Shown one piece after another: positions 1 to 14,075 of a stretch of DNA of 64,000 nt. Position 1 is the stretch's first letter. The number at the start of each line of letters is the position of its first letter. This DNA comes from Octopus sinensis (lineage: Eukaryota). Made by a program: the position numbers and the translations under genes. The DNA lies in assembly GCF_006345805.1 (NCBI RefSeq), contig NC_043003.1, positions 8,308,001 to 8,372,000 of the forward strand, given 5' to 3'. The notes under the pieces are model-generated. The model had not been told where the DNA came from. It saw only the letters and a program-made list of their open reading frames with translations, and ran no database searches.

Positions 1-208
1 ATGGACGGGACGCCGGTTCGTCGCAGATGAACTAGGAAAGAGTGAGAGAAAATTGTAGCGAAAGAGTCAGCAGAAGTTCGCCATTACCTTCTGCTGGAGC
101 CGCGTGGAGCTTCGGTGTTTCGCTCATAAACACACACATCACCCGGTCTGAGATTCGAACCCGCGATCCCTCGACTGCGAGTCCGCTGCTCTAACCACTT
201 GGCCATGT
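1..208 (-). mobile_element. tRNA-derived SINE, 5-prime part (family S3, tRNA-Arg-like head)
   Basis: Minus strand reads GTGGAGGCACATGGCCAAGTGGTTAGAGCAGCGGACTCGCAG...GGGTTCGAATCTC, i.e. Pol III A and B boxes followed by non-tRNA sequence. Related heads occur at about 33395, 37750, 43998 and 44533. Confidence 0.8.
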
Positions 209-288
209 GCCTCCACTCAACAGAGCATAATCCAAGACAAATGAACTAAACTCAATTCAACAAGTTTCACAAATATATTTCAGGTCAG

Positions 289-307
289 GTGAAATATATA
301 TATATAT

Positions 308-360
<53 letters not shown>

Positions 361-387
361 CATTATATGTATATATATATATATATA

Positions 388-444
<57 letters not shown>

Positions 445-475
445 TATATATACATATATATTATATATATATATA

Positions 476-553
<78 letters not shown>
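289..553. repeat. (TA)n microsatellite
   Basis: Near-pure TA tract. Similar tracts occur at about 1000, 2080-2310, 7330-7580, 11570-11700, 13240-13360, 21015-21085, 22510-22730, 23690-23820, 25940-26125, 35660-35850, 37820-38390, 41120-41265, 42960-43997, 49915-50290, 51000-51175, 53790-53865, 54840-55050 and 55960-56460. Confidence 0.95.
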
Positions 554-556
<3 letters not shown>

Positions 557-846
557 CGGTTTTAGATTTGGTTGGTTTGCAAGATTCTTTATGTGAGTTC
601 GTGTATTGAAGCATATTCTGTTTTGTCTGGGGAGAGTCATTCTCTATTAGTGCCTTATAATTTAACATGCCCACCGGTAAAAATTCCACTTATTTTCTTA
701 TTATGTTTTAAAACATTTTCGTTGCGTCTTGCAACCTTTTCCATGGTCAAAACTATTGAAAAGTTTGCAAGATGCAACAAAAATTTAGATAGATCGCTAG
801 CCAATAAACCTTTCTCTATTTTCTCTTCCTGTGTATTCCTGTGTTC

Positions 847-882
847 CTTTCTGTCGAAGAGCGAAGGCTCGAAATGTAAAAG
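847..882 (+). ncRNA. Degenerate minimal hammerhead ribozyme motif (family J)
   Basis: CTTT-CTGTCGA-A-GAGC-GAAG-GCTC-GAAA-T-GTA-AAAG. Stems I and II pair, but the core has two changes from CUGACGA/GAAAC. A similar decayed motif lies at 9395-9430 on the minus strand. Confidence 0.45.
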
Positions 883-980
883 ACTTTCTCACTTCCCGAG
901 CGTTAAAATATTACATCTGTTTGTTGTTTACACACTCGTCTTCGCCATTTGGTGTTTTTTTTGTAAATTCTATCTCTCTT

Positions 981-1040
<60 letters not shown>

Positions 1041-2130
1041 TGAAGTCTCCTATAAAGTCCCTGACTGTCAGCTACTTTTAAAAATCAATGTGTTCAAACA
1101 CCGCCAAAGTGAAAAAAAGAATCCCATTGAACATTTTGGAATCGATAAATAAATCGCAGCCAAGTTCTGTAATCGATTAACTAGATTACAGCTTTCCCCA
1201 AAAGATGCCTGATAATGAGCCAAGGTTATCAATCAGTATCAACATCGATGAACAGGCGGTAACAATTACGGTGTGCAAGACTAAACAGCTTAATAGTTGG
1301 TATTTCTTATTTCAGAATGTATGGAAATGCTTAGAGTAGTGGTTACGATCGCAAGATTGTGGTTTTTATTCCTGAGAATGGGCGGTAAGTTTCTTTCTTT
1401 CTTTCTTTCTTTTTTTTAGAAAAAAACACTTCATCTTGTTGCTCTCGTCTAGCAATAATTAGGTTTCCCGATCGGGTGAGGGAGCCTTTCAATCTCAGTC
1501 ACTTATACGCGATCGAATCCACGTAAAGCTCCATTCGTTTGGGCACTAGTGATCATGAAAAATTTATCTATGTATGTCATTGTTCAGTTTTATTTCAAGA
1601 TTTCTTGCCAATAGAGATAGAGAGAAAATGCCTGTTTCTAACCTGGATCCAAAGTTCCTTCATTGGAATTTCAACATCAACAACAGGGTATTATGTATGT
1701 ATGTATGCAACTCACAACGTATTACTACGTTTATATTCAAGTCTTATTCAAGCCATTACTTTGCCTCAGTAGAATAAGAACTGCTTATATCTCAACAAAT
1801 AACTAGACAACTCTTCAAAAATTTGCTAGGCGTTTATATAAGATATGAAATGCATTATAAGATAATTAAGTGTGGCATGTGAGCAATGCATTTGTAATAA
1901 TGTACGCTTAACTAGAAATAGTTCTCAAGAGTTTTGAGAAACTGAACTATATTATATATTTGACTTTCAGTGTATAATAATTAAAATTTTCGGCTGTAAT
2001 CTAAAATTGAATCTGAATAGATCTACAGATCCAAATTTGTAGTATGAATCATATTTGGCGTAAGTCGACGTCGTTACGAATATATACATATATATATTAT
2101 ATATATATATATACATATGAGAGAACAAAG

Positions 2131-2215
<85 letters not shown>

Positions 2216-2246
2216 GTCTATATGTATGTATATGTATATATATATG

Positions 2247-2292
<46 letters not shown>

Positions 2293-4664
2293 AGACACAT
2301 ATATATATATACATGCATGCATATATATGTGTGCGAGTTCGTGTTTGTCTGTGCAGATTTATTTATCATTCATGATGTAACAATTCACAGTAACATTGCG
2401 AAGTTCGAAAAAAAATTGATTAAATCTATGCGCCAGTGTTTAATGAAACTCTATGCAATCTTCTGCGCCGATCTTACTGGAAGTATGTTTATACAAGACA
2501 CAAATGTGAATTTATTCAAAATTTATTCATACCTAATCTGTCTCATTGCTGTAGCTATTTCATAAATGCTGTCAGTGAATGTAACAATATGCAAATAAGT
2601 AATTTAAGGAGCGGAAGGTGAATATAGTGTTAACAATTAACCCATCGCTCATGTGTATAAATGTTGGTTGCCTTCTTGTCGTGGTTAAATCTACCACCAT
2701 TGTTAAATCCAATTTCGTTCCGATCATTTGTGTATCTTGAACAACAATGCCTACTGAGCGGCCATGTTGAAAATTATTTGTCGCATAGATTTTAAAATAT
2801 TAATGCATTATGAGTGTTCGAAATATTCAAATCTATGAGGTATGTCATTCAGCCACAAGCAAAATAAAGGGGCCTTAGTTCAAGCCACGGCCTACCAGTT
2901 CCACGACTTGAGGTCAAGAGTTATATTTTTGAAATTCTAATATCTGTCACTCGGAAAACACGAAAGCGTTATTTCTGCTTTAAACCAATATTATTGTCGT
3001 CTGCAAAGGTATATAATTAAGTTTTCATTTGTTGTGTTGAAAAATTCCTTTCCGATCACTCTGTGACTATAGGGCGCCATCCATTCACCGTTCTGTAACA
3101 ATTCTGTTGTGATTTGCTTTACTGTTGTGACTGAACTTTTGCTTATCAACCACCTACATGCTGTTATTTACACCCATATTTATTTGATGAGACCCATCAT
3201 AGCCTTAGATAATCTTCGTCTTAATTGCCTGTTATCTATTGGCAACTAAAATCGCCAAAACGGACTTGAGAACTATGACACTGACAGCAGCGTTCAATGA
3301 GAAAAGAAGACTCGTATTTCCTTCAAGAGTACCAAAATACAAACTCAGCACAAATTAAACAGCAGCCCACATTCGCCAAGAAATAACATCTCGTTATGAC
3401 CAATTTCATCCACTCGATTCACTGGCAAACATCCTCCAACGTGCCACAAGCGGTTTGTAAACCGACGAGTTGTATCTTCAACCAACGCCACAAGAAGAAA
3501 GGAAATGGAATTACGATTCTCTTACACCTACATTCACCCGATTTACACTTCCTGCTAGCAATGTCCTTTGAGTGTGAACCACAAAATACTGCTGTAAAAA
3601 TTCATGCAAATAGTTTTATAAAGACTGCAACTGCCTAGAACTTCGTTTCCCATATTTATTTTGTCTAAAAGTATGAAACTTTAGAAACTTTTGCCAAACA
3701 TCAACTCCATTCATTGAAGTAGGTCATGCGCACGGCCAATCTTCCCCAGACTAAAATGTAGAGAAATATATTTAATGAGATAGAATTGTTACAATAGTGA
3801 ATGGCTGTTCTTGGATGTAGGCGGTGCCAGACAGAAATTTAAACTCTATGAAATGAACTGTTAATGTGAATTTATTATGCCTTGAGGAATACGATAGCAT
3901 AAAATTCCGAAATCACTCTCAAGAACTACCTTAAACTTCTATACTGTTCGCTTACTCAGACGTATACAGAACTGTGGTATATTGCATGAATAACTTCACA
4001 AATTCTTAAACTTGTCTAAACGTCAATATTCCAGCTTCTTGTGTAAAAAAAATAAATTCATTCCAACAACAATATCAACAATTTACAAAATCAAACAAAC
4101 GATACTATGATTATCTCGCCCGTACCACTCACAATATTAAAATTTAATGCTTCTTTTCTGCGTTAATTGTTAGAGCAACAGAGAACATTACAGCACTAAT
4201 GGAATACAAGATTTAACCTCATAAAAAAAAAACCGCCACCGTTAGCAACACCACCTACTGGAAATATTAGCGAGATCGTTTTTTATTCGAAATAACACAC
4301 CAGCGTTTTAAGAAAATAATGATACATTATAACTTTGTTCAAAATATTAAGTCTGAGTAAAAATCGGTGCATAGAATGCGTGATGCCAAACGTTAGGTAG
4401 TCGTTTAGTTTGACCAAGGAACAAATTCGTGTGTAGCGAATAGCGAATCGGCCTATGAAAAAGGTATGCGAATCGTTTATGCTCGGAACTATTCCCAAGA
4501 AGAGATGGTTGACTGATGTTGTACGTTTTAGAATGATAGAAATTGACCTGAGACCCACCGATGCAATATCTAATGCTGCCCGATCTACCATACACAGCAT
4601 GAAATTGGGATTATTGTGACGTGATCTACTGGAGATATCACCAATTTGTGCGTCTCTGACTCAC

Positions 4665-4733
4665 CTCCCGACGTCATCTATCAACCAATTGACGAGCACC
4701 TTTGTCAAAATCTTCAGCCATTCAATTATGGAG
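4665..4733 (-). other. Candidate 69-nt exon
   Basis: Minus strand TTTCAG acceptor and GTGAGT donor with one open frame (SIIEWLKILTKVLVNWLIDDVG). No protein family recognised; may be non-coding. Confidence 0.25.
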
Positions 4734-4909
4734 CTGAAATATATTAAATTCCCGCTGTACAAGGGATTCCTTGGTAGCGTCATAATTTCCCGATTGTCTA
4801 AACTTGAAATATTGCTAGTGTGCCGCCTATTGCAATGAATATCTCCCAAGATTGTAGCTGATAAAATGGGTATCTAATAAAGTTGGTTATGTATTCCATC
4901 TGTAGTGAT

Positions 4910-5260
4910 ATTATAACGGTGCGCGCGCGCGCACCGTCCATTTGTATTTCGCGCGTGTTGGTGCCTTTACCAAGGCACAGAAAGGAAGGGCCCTCTGGCG
5001 CATGCGCGAACCACCGGAAGCACGACCCGCTTGCCTATCGTGGTAGTTAGCGAGGCAAGGGGGTCGTAGAACGTTTGACCACTAGCAGCAGTCATCGGGG
5101 ACTTGGGACCCAGCGATTGAAGGCGGCGGTCACGCATATATTCTCTCCGGTTGATAGCAGCAGTCGGCCAAATACTTTTAACCAAAATTGTTGCCGACCA
5201 CATTCAACTTCCCTGTTCGACGCCATCTTGACCCCTTTCTGTTTTTGGGCGGAAGATTGT
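4910..5260. promoter_or_regulatory. CpG-rich promoter-like island
   Basis: Locally GC/CpG-rich in an AT-rich window. Contains NRF1-type GCGCATGCGC (about 4998-5007), ETS-type CCGGAAG (about 5014-5020), YY1-type CGCCATCTT (5221-5229) and the 22-bp perfect palindrome ACGGTGCGCGCGCGCGCACCGT (4916-4937). Confidence 0.55.
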
Positions 5261-5539
5261 AAATATTACAATCTATTAACTTTCAGCCTTGCGCGCCCAG
5301 AATCAAGGACATCAGATAACACACATATTGTTATTGTTTACCAAGAAAGAGAATAAAGTAGTATATATATATTTTACGTCTGCGTCTTGTTGTTTCTGAC
5401 TTGTAGAGATTCTGGATTATTAAAGTCAACGGCTAGTGAGTGATTGCTTTCTTGTACCCCGAAAGTACAAGAGTAAAGATATTCACACACTCACACTAAG
5501 TTCGTTACACATCCAATCAGGGCAGCTTTCGTGTTACAG

Positions 5540-5654
5540 AGTCATCTGTTCATCATATCCGCTATTTCATCAGATGCAATTGGCAAAATGTTGCTAAAAA
5601 CCCGCATAAAACTCCTTGGAACTTGATACTAGACCTCCGCAGTGACCCATCAAC
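5540..5654 (+). other. Candidate 115-nt exon
   Basis: TTACAG acceptor and GTGAGT donor with one open frame (SSVHHIRYFIRCNWQNVAKNPHKTPWNLILDLRSDPS), just downstream of the CpG island. Product not recognised. Confidence 0.3.
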
Positions 5655-5844
5655 GTGAGTATAAAATTGCACTTACGAAATCCAGGTCTGTGGAGCAGCT
5701 TTCAATCCGTGTTACAGAAGACATTTTTTACCACGAACAACGCCGCTTTCATAATTTGGATTGAGCTAATAAGAGCCATTCTTGCAGCAACAAACTCGAA
5801 GGTGATGCCTTTGATTCTTGCATCTCCTAATCTGGTAATTGACC

Positions 5845-6262
5845 CCTATTCTAATATACAGTTATCTGTCGTTGCTGGTAACTAACCCCTATTATAATCT
5901 ACAGTTGTCCGTTGTTACTTGTAACTAACCCCCTTTCTAATCAACAATTCTCCGTCGTTACTTGTAACTAACCCCTATTCTAATGTACAGTTCTCTTTCG
6001 TTATTCGTAACTCACCCCTATTTTAATCTACAATTCTCAGTCGTTACTTCTAACTAACCCCTATTCTAATGTACAGTTCTCTGTCGTTACTGGTAACTAA
6101 CCCCATCTCTAATCTACAGTTGTCTGTTGTTACTTGTAACTAATCCCTATTCTAATGTACAGTTCTCTGTCGTTACTGGTAACTAATCCCTATTCTAATC
6201 TACAGTTCTTTGTCGTTACTGGTAACTAACCCCTATTCTAATCTACAATTCTCTGTTGTCAC
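5845..6262. repeat. 43-bp minisatellite, about 9-10 copies
   Basis: Unit GTAACTAACCCCTATTCTAATCTACAGTTCTCTGTCGTTACTG; ACTAACC recurs at 5881, 5924, 6053 and 6096 (period 43). Confidence 0.9.
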
Positions 6263-7125
6263 GTCTTTGCTAAAGCAGAAGACTCTAATTGTCCTTCATA
6301 GAGGGATCCCTCTATTCTGTTATCAACAATTGTACCCATCAATTTTCCCTTAACTAAATCGCTAATCAGGTTTCTAAACCTGTCTATGCATGAAACGACG
6401 CAGTCATCTTTTATTACCCAGATCCCCTTTATTAGAATTTCATAATTCGACAGGACAAATCAGAATTTATTCACCTATGTAACCAACAACCCGAAGTCGT
6501 TATCAATTTAAACTATCCCTATTGGTTAATGAATTGAAGAATCTATCAAAGAACGACCTGGCTGACCGGTTAATTGCGACTTGTCCATGTTGATGCTTTC
6601 GAAAAATCTGGACGATAATAATAAAGATGATTTTTTTTTTCTCCAGAACCAGGAAATCGATTTATTTCAAAATTTTGATTCAGTTTTGTTAATATGAGAA
6701 TTATAAGAGGACTTCTACAGTGAGAATTGTTGGGTAGATGTAAACCGTAATGAGATGCGACTATTTTTATACTGGAACAAGCAATTCTGATACTGTGAAT
6801 AGAGTAAGAAAAAGTATGGAAGAAGCAAAGTGTAACAAATAGAGAGAAGGAGGGTGAGAGAAAAAAGAGAGATAGAAAGAAAGAAAAAAAAAGAAAGAAA
6901 GAAAGATAGAAAGAAAGAAGGAAATAAGTGAAGAAAGAGAAAGAGAAGAAAATGGTGGGGAAATACGAGTGTTTCAGGAAAATATCTATAGTCTCAATTA
7001 TTTTGCCAGAAATAAATGTCCTTCACACAACTTCATCGAAGCAATCGATGCTCACTATAAACTGTTGTATGTCGGAATATCGATTTCCATTCATCATTTT
7101 CTTATGCACTTATACGTATACGCAA

Positions 7126-7216
<91 letters not shown>

Positions 7217-7364
7217 CACACAAACACACAGGCACACACACACACACACACACACTCATACACATACACATAAATATGTAAGCATTCAAATACCTACACA
7301 GACGCATACAAATATAGATATATCATTGCAGACAGCAGAATATATATATATATTTATATTTATT

Positions 7365-7395
<31 letters not shown>

Positions 7396-7429
7396 GTATA
7401 TATATATATTATATATATGTATGTGTATA

Positions 7430-7481
<52 letters not shown>

Positions 7482-8572
7482 GTATGTATATGCATATGTA
7501 TATGTATACATATATATATATATATGTTTATATAAGTATATATATATGTGGCATATATATATATATATATGTATGTATGTATATACACAGATATATACAC
7601 AGTTACCCAGTGACATGCGTTTATACATATTTCTGAAGCCAAGAGATATATATAACATAATGCGTCAATATTTTGTTTGTTCTTTCAATTTAAACATATT
7701 GAGAAAACAAATAACATCAACTTGATAGCTATTTAAATTCAATATATTTCATAGAAATGTGTAACCAAATATCTCTTCATCTCTCCTCTCAATTCTCTGT
7801 GTGTCTGTGTGTCTCCCTGTCTCTCTCTCACTCTTATAGTGTTTTCAGACTTATTCAATATACCAGATAACGTTGTGTATGTATATGTGTATATATATGT
7901 ATGTGTGTATTTCTCTTTGTGTATGACTGAGTATGCATGCATGTGTGTATCTCAGAAGTAACATTAAAACTATTTCAATCGGAATAATTTCTTCAGGCTT
8001 ATTGATTAAAAGAACGATCTTCAAGCTCATCTGTCCGAAAACTTCGTATGTGCAAGGCGAGGCAGCAGATTAAAACGGATGCAATTACCAACCGCAGCAC
8101 AAGCTATGCACATTAGATATGTCTTCGATAAGAACGACAATGTGCAAGCAACAATATTGTGAAGGATAGAAAATTTCTCACTGGTTGAAAAACAACGGTC
8201 TAAAATCGATTAAATGAACACATTTCTGATAAGTTTAATTTTCAATTAAGTCTGTCACTTATAGACATTTAAAATGTATTAATACGCTCTGGGGAAAACG
8301 AGAAAGTCAAGAAAAATAGAAATTTACCCTAAATTGTTTGACAGATTTGCATACGAAACAACATGCAATGCATTATAAATTAAAATAATTCTTTGGATGA
8401 GGAATCCACACTTGCAGCTGAAAATTACAGACTGAGTCAGATTCTGAATTTCAAATTGAATAATGTTTTCACTATCTCCCACTGGTACACACCAATATGT
8501 TTAGACAGATGAGTTGTTGATCGATATAATGGTGTTTAGAAAAGTGACAGTTATCGATACAAATGATTTTAC

Positions 8573-8698
8573 CTGCGTAGGCAAAATAAGTTTGAGTTCA
8601 GAAGCTGGGACTGAATATTTGCCAGTAATTCTTTGAATTCTGAATAAGATGCCAAATATTTCTTTCCAATATTTCAGGTACTTTTCCAAAGCTTCTTT
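8573..8698 (-). other. Candidate 126-nt phase-0 exon
   Basis: Minus strand CACTTAG acceptor and CAG|GTAAAA donor, open frame KEALEKYLKYWKEIFGILFRIQRITGKYSVPASELKLILPTQ. No family recognised. Confidence 0.25.
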
Positions 8699-8809
8699 CT
8701 AAGTGCAGATTTAAAAAAAAACGGCATGTATATGAACAATCCATATTTGCAACTGCTAAACTGTCATAGAACTATCACAATGTGTGAGTTATAGGCGCTG
8801 TGTGAGTTA

Positions 8810-8988
8810 TAGGCGCAGGCATGGCCTATAGGTGCAGGCGTGGCAGTATGGTAAGAAGCTTGCTTCCCATCCACATGGCTCCGGGTTCAGTCCCATTGCA
8901 TGGCACCGTGGAGAAGAGTCTTCTACTATAGCCTTGCGCTGACTCCGGCCACAGCCTTGTGAGTAATGGAAACTGAAAGATGCCTGTC

Positions 8989-9031
<43 letters not shown>

Positions 9032-9200
9032 CGTATGTGATCACCGCTTGTCAACCGGTGTTGGTGTGTTTACGTCCGCGTGACTTAGCGCTTCAGCAAA
9101 AGAGCGATGTAATAAGTACTAGGCTTAAACATAATAAGTGCTAATGGTCTATTCATTCGACTAATGCATGGCTGCAGTCGAATGCCAAACAAATAAAAGA
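8810..9200 (+). mobile_element. tRNA-derived SINE family S2 (internal microsatellite)
   Basis: Head GGCGCAGGAGTGGCTGTGTGGTAAG...GGTTCAGTCCCACTGC, central (TG/TA)n, tail ...GACTGAAACAAGTAAAAGA. Other copies at about 11700-12115(-), 17410-17830(+), 24970-25405(-), 31785-32180(-), 35230-35660(+), 45680-45810(+), 58390-58850(+) and 59100-59830(-). Confidence 0.85.
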
Positions 9201-9241
9201 ATAAAATAATGTATATATGTGTGTGTGTGTATGTTCACACA

Positions 9242-9279
<38 letters not shown>

Positions 9280-10494
9280 TATATATATATATGGAAAATC
9301 ATAATTTAAAAAAATAGGAAAAGAACAGAATACAGTTAGACGTTCACAGGGAATACATCAAGTTGACACTAGTTTTAGCTGGAGAATATGTGTGGAAATG
9401 ACGTTCCGAGCATGGCTCTTCGTCGGAAAGAAAGAAAAAGTCCAGTGGAAAAGGAGGAAATCGGGAAAGTCATAGTAAATGTAAGAGATAGAACGAAGTA
9501 TTAGATTCGTTCTATAAACTTTCTTCCTTGCTGATGATCCAAATTGAAGCTGCCTCCCACAGTTATTGCATTATTACGGGAGTAGGTTCGAGCAATGCCA
9601 CAGAAATGGCTATGAAGCATAAGAACTTTGCGTGGCAACTTCATGGTTTTGGGACCAGGAAAGAAGAGAGTAGAACGTCAAACGCAGTGCTAGGGTTGAG
9701 AATTGCAATGAACCATTAAACATCGTTTATAGTTATATCAATTGATTGGTTCAATGATGCGTATGATTGAAACAAAATAGATATTGTCAGATGTATGTTG
9801 TCTGTGAAAAACGACTGAATAGAACTGGCCGAGAGGAATATTGATTTGACAAGTTTTGGACAGAGTATTGTAAAAAATGTCTTGGTGCAGATCTCAAAGC
9901 GTTACTATATAATGAGGAATAATTAGCCATTTATTAGAAGACACTGACAGAGAACAGAGGTCAAACTGTCCGACTTAGAAAAGGTTCATTTCACTCGTTA
10001 AAATAGACATTATTTTCCTGCTGTTGTACTTCAAAATGAAACTGAATATCGTTGAATAATATGCAAAATATTATGTTGTCAGATAAATTCGTTCGTTTCT
10101 CTCCGATTTCATTTGGAATCACATGAAAACTGTTTAGATCGTAGTGTTATACATATTTGCTTTGTAGCGGTCTTCTTCATTCATAAATTTTATTTATAGT
10201 TTTTGAAATTTCAATAAATTAATCATTTTTCACAATTGTGACATGTGCCAGGTAAAAAACAAATTGAGCATTTTTGATACCTTTGCTTTCCATCAAGGTT
10301 CCAAATCTCGATTGGAAAGTTCTAACGCATCCATCATATTCTTTTGATGTTGCGTCTTCAAATTATTTTCTTTTTTTTTTTTTTTGGTAGCTTTCCAAAA
10401 GTATACAGGGAGTTTCGTTCAACAACGACGTGAAGCCAAATGCATGGCTCGATGAATTATTCGAGTTTACAACCAATGATTTCTACCGCTAAAG

Positions 10495-10830
10495 CATTGG
10501 CAAAATATTCTTTTCTACTCTAGGCACAAGGTCCGAAATTTTTGGGGAAAGAGGCCAGTCGATTAGATCGACCCCAGTACACAACTGGTACTTAATTTAT
10601 CGACCCCAAAAGGATGAAAGCAAAGTCGACCTCGGCGTAATTTGAACTCAGAACGTAAAGACAGACGAAATACCGCTAAGCATTTCGCCCGGCGTGCTAA
10701 AGTTACTGCCAGCTCGTCGCCTTCACATTAACAAGATATTGTTTTCTACTCTAGGCACAAGGCCCGAAATTTGAGGGAAGGGGGGCAGTCGATTAGATCG
10801 ACCCCAGTACGCAACTGGTATTTAACTGTA
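10495..10830 (-). mobile_element. tRNA-derived SINE family S1, tail variant 2 (one full and one partial copy)
   Basis: Minus strand head GGCGGCGAGCTGGCAG...GAGTTCAAATT, core GTCGACTTTGCCTTTCATCCTTTCGGGGTCGAT, tail ...CCTTGTGCCTAGAGTAGAAAAGAATATT. Confidence 0.85.
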
Positions 10831-11587
10831 TAATGCAAGATCGCCGCTTTTACATTGAACATATTTTGGAATCCTTGCATAAGCTCGTTAACAACGAGGG
10901 AAACTATTCTCTTAAATAAAAAAAAAAGTATAAAAGAGATTTTTCTGAACGAATAACCAAATAATTTCAGTTAAAAAGAAAACTTTATCAGGCATCGTAC
11001 AATAGATGATCTATGGGAAAAAAATGAATATTCGAGGAATGATATCCATCATGTTTAGATATAGCTTAAGATTTATTTGATTAATATCAGGGAATATGTA
11101 GGCGTTATACGTTTCTTGAGTTCAGAAATATATATGTATATTTTAAAATGAATTTACATTGTCTATTATTTATAAGATGTTAATTCAGAGATGTTTCTTT
11201 TTCAGGCTTAGATGTTTGTAGTAACTCTTAGTATGTGAAAGAAAGAGGAATTGAACAATAGTGTAGTGTGTGTGTGAGTGTGTGTGCAGAATATATCTTC
11301 CTACGGATCCTCGCGTACAAAAGCCATCAATTAAAGATATCAAATTCTTATATAAGACAAAACATATCACCATGCGTTTTTCGTTCCAATATATTCTAAA
11401 ATGTGGCCTTGGTATGTCTTATAGGTTTCATTGTTTTTATTCCTGATAAAACATTGCAGTCCTAGTCGTAAAAGTGTCAAACATCCTTGTATGTTAATAA
11501 ATGTACGCGTATGTGTTTATATACACAGACATGCATGCATATCCGTACACACAATCACACATATTCAAATATATATGTGTATATATA

Positions 11588-11668
<81 letters not shown>

Positions 11669-12130
11669 ATGTATTAATATATATAAATATATATATATAT
11701 ATTCTTTTTATTCTTTTTACTTGTTTCAGTCATTTGACTGCGGTTATGCAGGAGCACCGCCTTTAGTCGAGCAAATCAACCCCAGGATTTATTCCTTGTA
11801 AGCCCAGTACTCATTCTATCGGTCTCTTTTGCCGAACTGCTAAGTTACAGGACGTAATCACACAAGCATCGGTTGTCAAACGATGTTGGTGGGACAAACT
11901 CAGACACACAAACATATACACACACATACATACATATAGGTATATATACGACGGGTTTTCTTTCAGTTTCCGTCTACCAAATCCAATCACAAAGCTTTGG
12001 TCGGCCCGAGGCTATAGTAGAAGACATTTGCCCAAAGTGCCACGCAGTGGGACTGAACTCGTAACCATGTGGTAAGTAAGCAAACTACTTACCACACCGC
12101 CACTCCTGCACCTCTCTATATATATGTGCG

Positions 12131-12181
<51 letters not shown>

Positions 12182-12189
12182 CTCCTGTC

Positions 12190-12584
12190 CACGTTTGATT
12201 TACGCGTTCGCCACCACAACTTCGTCTAGGCTTAGCAACACTTTCTATTTGTTTTCACTGTTTTGTTTGTGTTATCTATTTTGACCCTCCGCAAAATCCC
12301 AAATTTTTATTTGCTTTGCTTTTCAGGAGCAACTGTTTTATCGAAAGCGCATATTGTTGTTAAATGCTCGAAATACGAGACTAGAAAAACAGCAAACGAC
12401 TGATGACGATTCGTTCTTTATGTTATTTGTTTTGTTTTCCATTTGTGTCTTTCGTTGTTCGAGAGAATAATCCTTGTTCCATGTACTCGTGCTTTGTATT
12501 TTTTTATTATACACGTTTCATGACGTCCTGTGCTCACATATGCTTATATATATACGTATAGATATAAGTATGTACATATGCGTG

Positions 12585-12615
<31 letters not shown>

Positions 12616-12660
12616 TTTATATTATGTTAAATATATATATGTATATATTTAACTTTATCA
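12190..12660 (+). mobile_element. Unclassified interspersed repeat family
   Basis: TTTACGCGTTCGCCACCACAAC...GCTCGAAATACGAGACTAG... recurs at about 12900-13150(-), 22730-23050(-) and 26650-27110(+), always beside microsatellites. Confidence 0.7.
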
Positions 12661-12803
12661 ACAACGTATATGTGGACAGATGACTTTATGAGAAGGAAGA
12701 GACCCAAGGTTTTGATATATATCTATTTATATATCTATCAATCTGTTTGTCTATCTGTCTCTCTATCTGTCTGCTTGTCTGTCCATCTATCTATCTGTCT
12801 ATT

Positions 12804-12835
<32 letters not shown>

Positions 12836-13177
12836 ATATGTATATGCATATATACATATATTACATACCTACATACATATGTATATATGCATGCATATAT
12901 GGGTACAGGACGTAAACAAAACGTGAACTAAATGAAAAACGAGAACATAAAAAAATAGAAACATGGAAAACGAACTTTTTTCCGAACAACGAAAGAAACA
13001 AATAGAGAATACTCCGCATCTCGACCGTTGGGACAAGACGCGACTTCGTAAAAACAGTCGTTCCCGCAAAGCAAATTAAATAAAATTTGGCATTTGTGGA
13101 GGGTTAAAGCGGTAACAGAAATAGGACAGTAAGAACAAAATAGTAAAAACAAACACTATCTACACCCCCCCACACAC

Positions 13178-13256
<79 letters not shown>

Positions 13257-13281
13257 CTATATATATATATATATATATATC

Positions 13282-13315
<34 letters not shown>

Positions 13316-13316
13316 C

Positions 13317-13363
<47 letters not shown>

Positions 13364-13625
13364 GTAAGAAAAAAGGAAAACCTATGTTGCAACGCACCTA
13401 ATTAGTGCTCCTTATGAGCAAGATATAACAAAAACCAAAGTGGATGACAGATTTTCGTCGGTCAAGTTCTCTTATCATGGGAATACAAAATACATTTAAA
13501 AATATATTCATAGAGATATTAGCGCTTGAAACCTAACATCTCGATGGATTTTTTACGTATTTTGTATTCCCATAGTAAAGGAACTTGACCTACGAAAATC
13601 TGTCATCCACTTTGATTTTTGTTGC

Positions 13626-13657
<32 letters not shown>

Positions 13658-13684
13658 GCACACACAAACACACACACACACACA

Positions 13685-13715
<31 letters not shown>

Positions 13716-13730
13716 TATATATATATATAT

Positions 13731-14075
13731 AAGTAGGTGAATGAATTATCCTAGTATGGATAATTCGGTTAACCGATACCCGGGTAGCAAATTCCCGTCA
13801 GAAAACACGGTTGAAGCTACATGCCAAGGGCAGAAATCCCGTGTTCTCGTGTGGAAATTTGTGTGTTTTTTTTAACTATGAATAAATGAAAGAATGGAGT
13901 CGAACGACGATTTTAACAAAATTCCTTTACTCTCGACATATGCTTCGAAGACTGCATATTCTTAATTCCGAAGGAATAAAGGGTGCATTATGCCGCCTTC
14001 TCATCAGGAAAGACAAGGAACCTATGTCAGCATCATGACGAACAAAAACTTTTAGAAGACTGCCCACAGTCGAAC
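13731..14075 (-). mobile_element. Hammerhead-bearing element family A, copy 1
   Basis: About 340 bp, highly similar to 20630-20970; its 3-prime end abuts a TA/CA tract. Confidence 0.75.
13930..14012 (-). ncRNA. Type I hammerhead ribozyme (family A; GAAA mutated to GAAG)
   Basis: CTTTC-CTGATGA-GAAG[long stem II]CTTC-GAAGC-ATAT-GTC^GAGAG. Confidence 0.6.

Noticed and set aside
4379-4516. C/D-box snoRNA (GTGATGC...CTGA)
   Set aside because: Imperfect C box, no terminal stem, and no recognisable guide.
5090-5125. AAGTCCCCG on the minus strand as RNase MRP conserved region I
   Set aside because: The upstream GARA context and a matching CR-V were not found.
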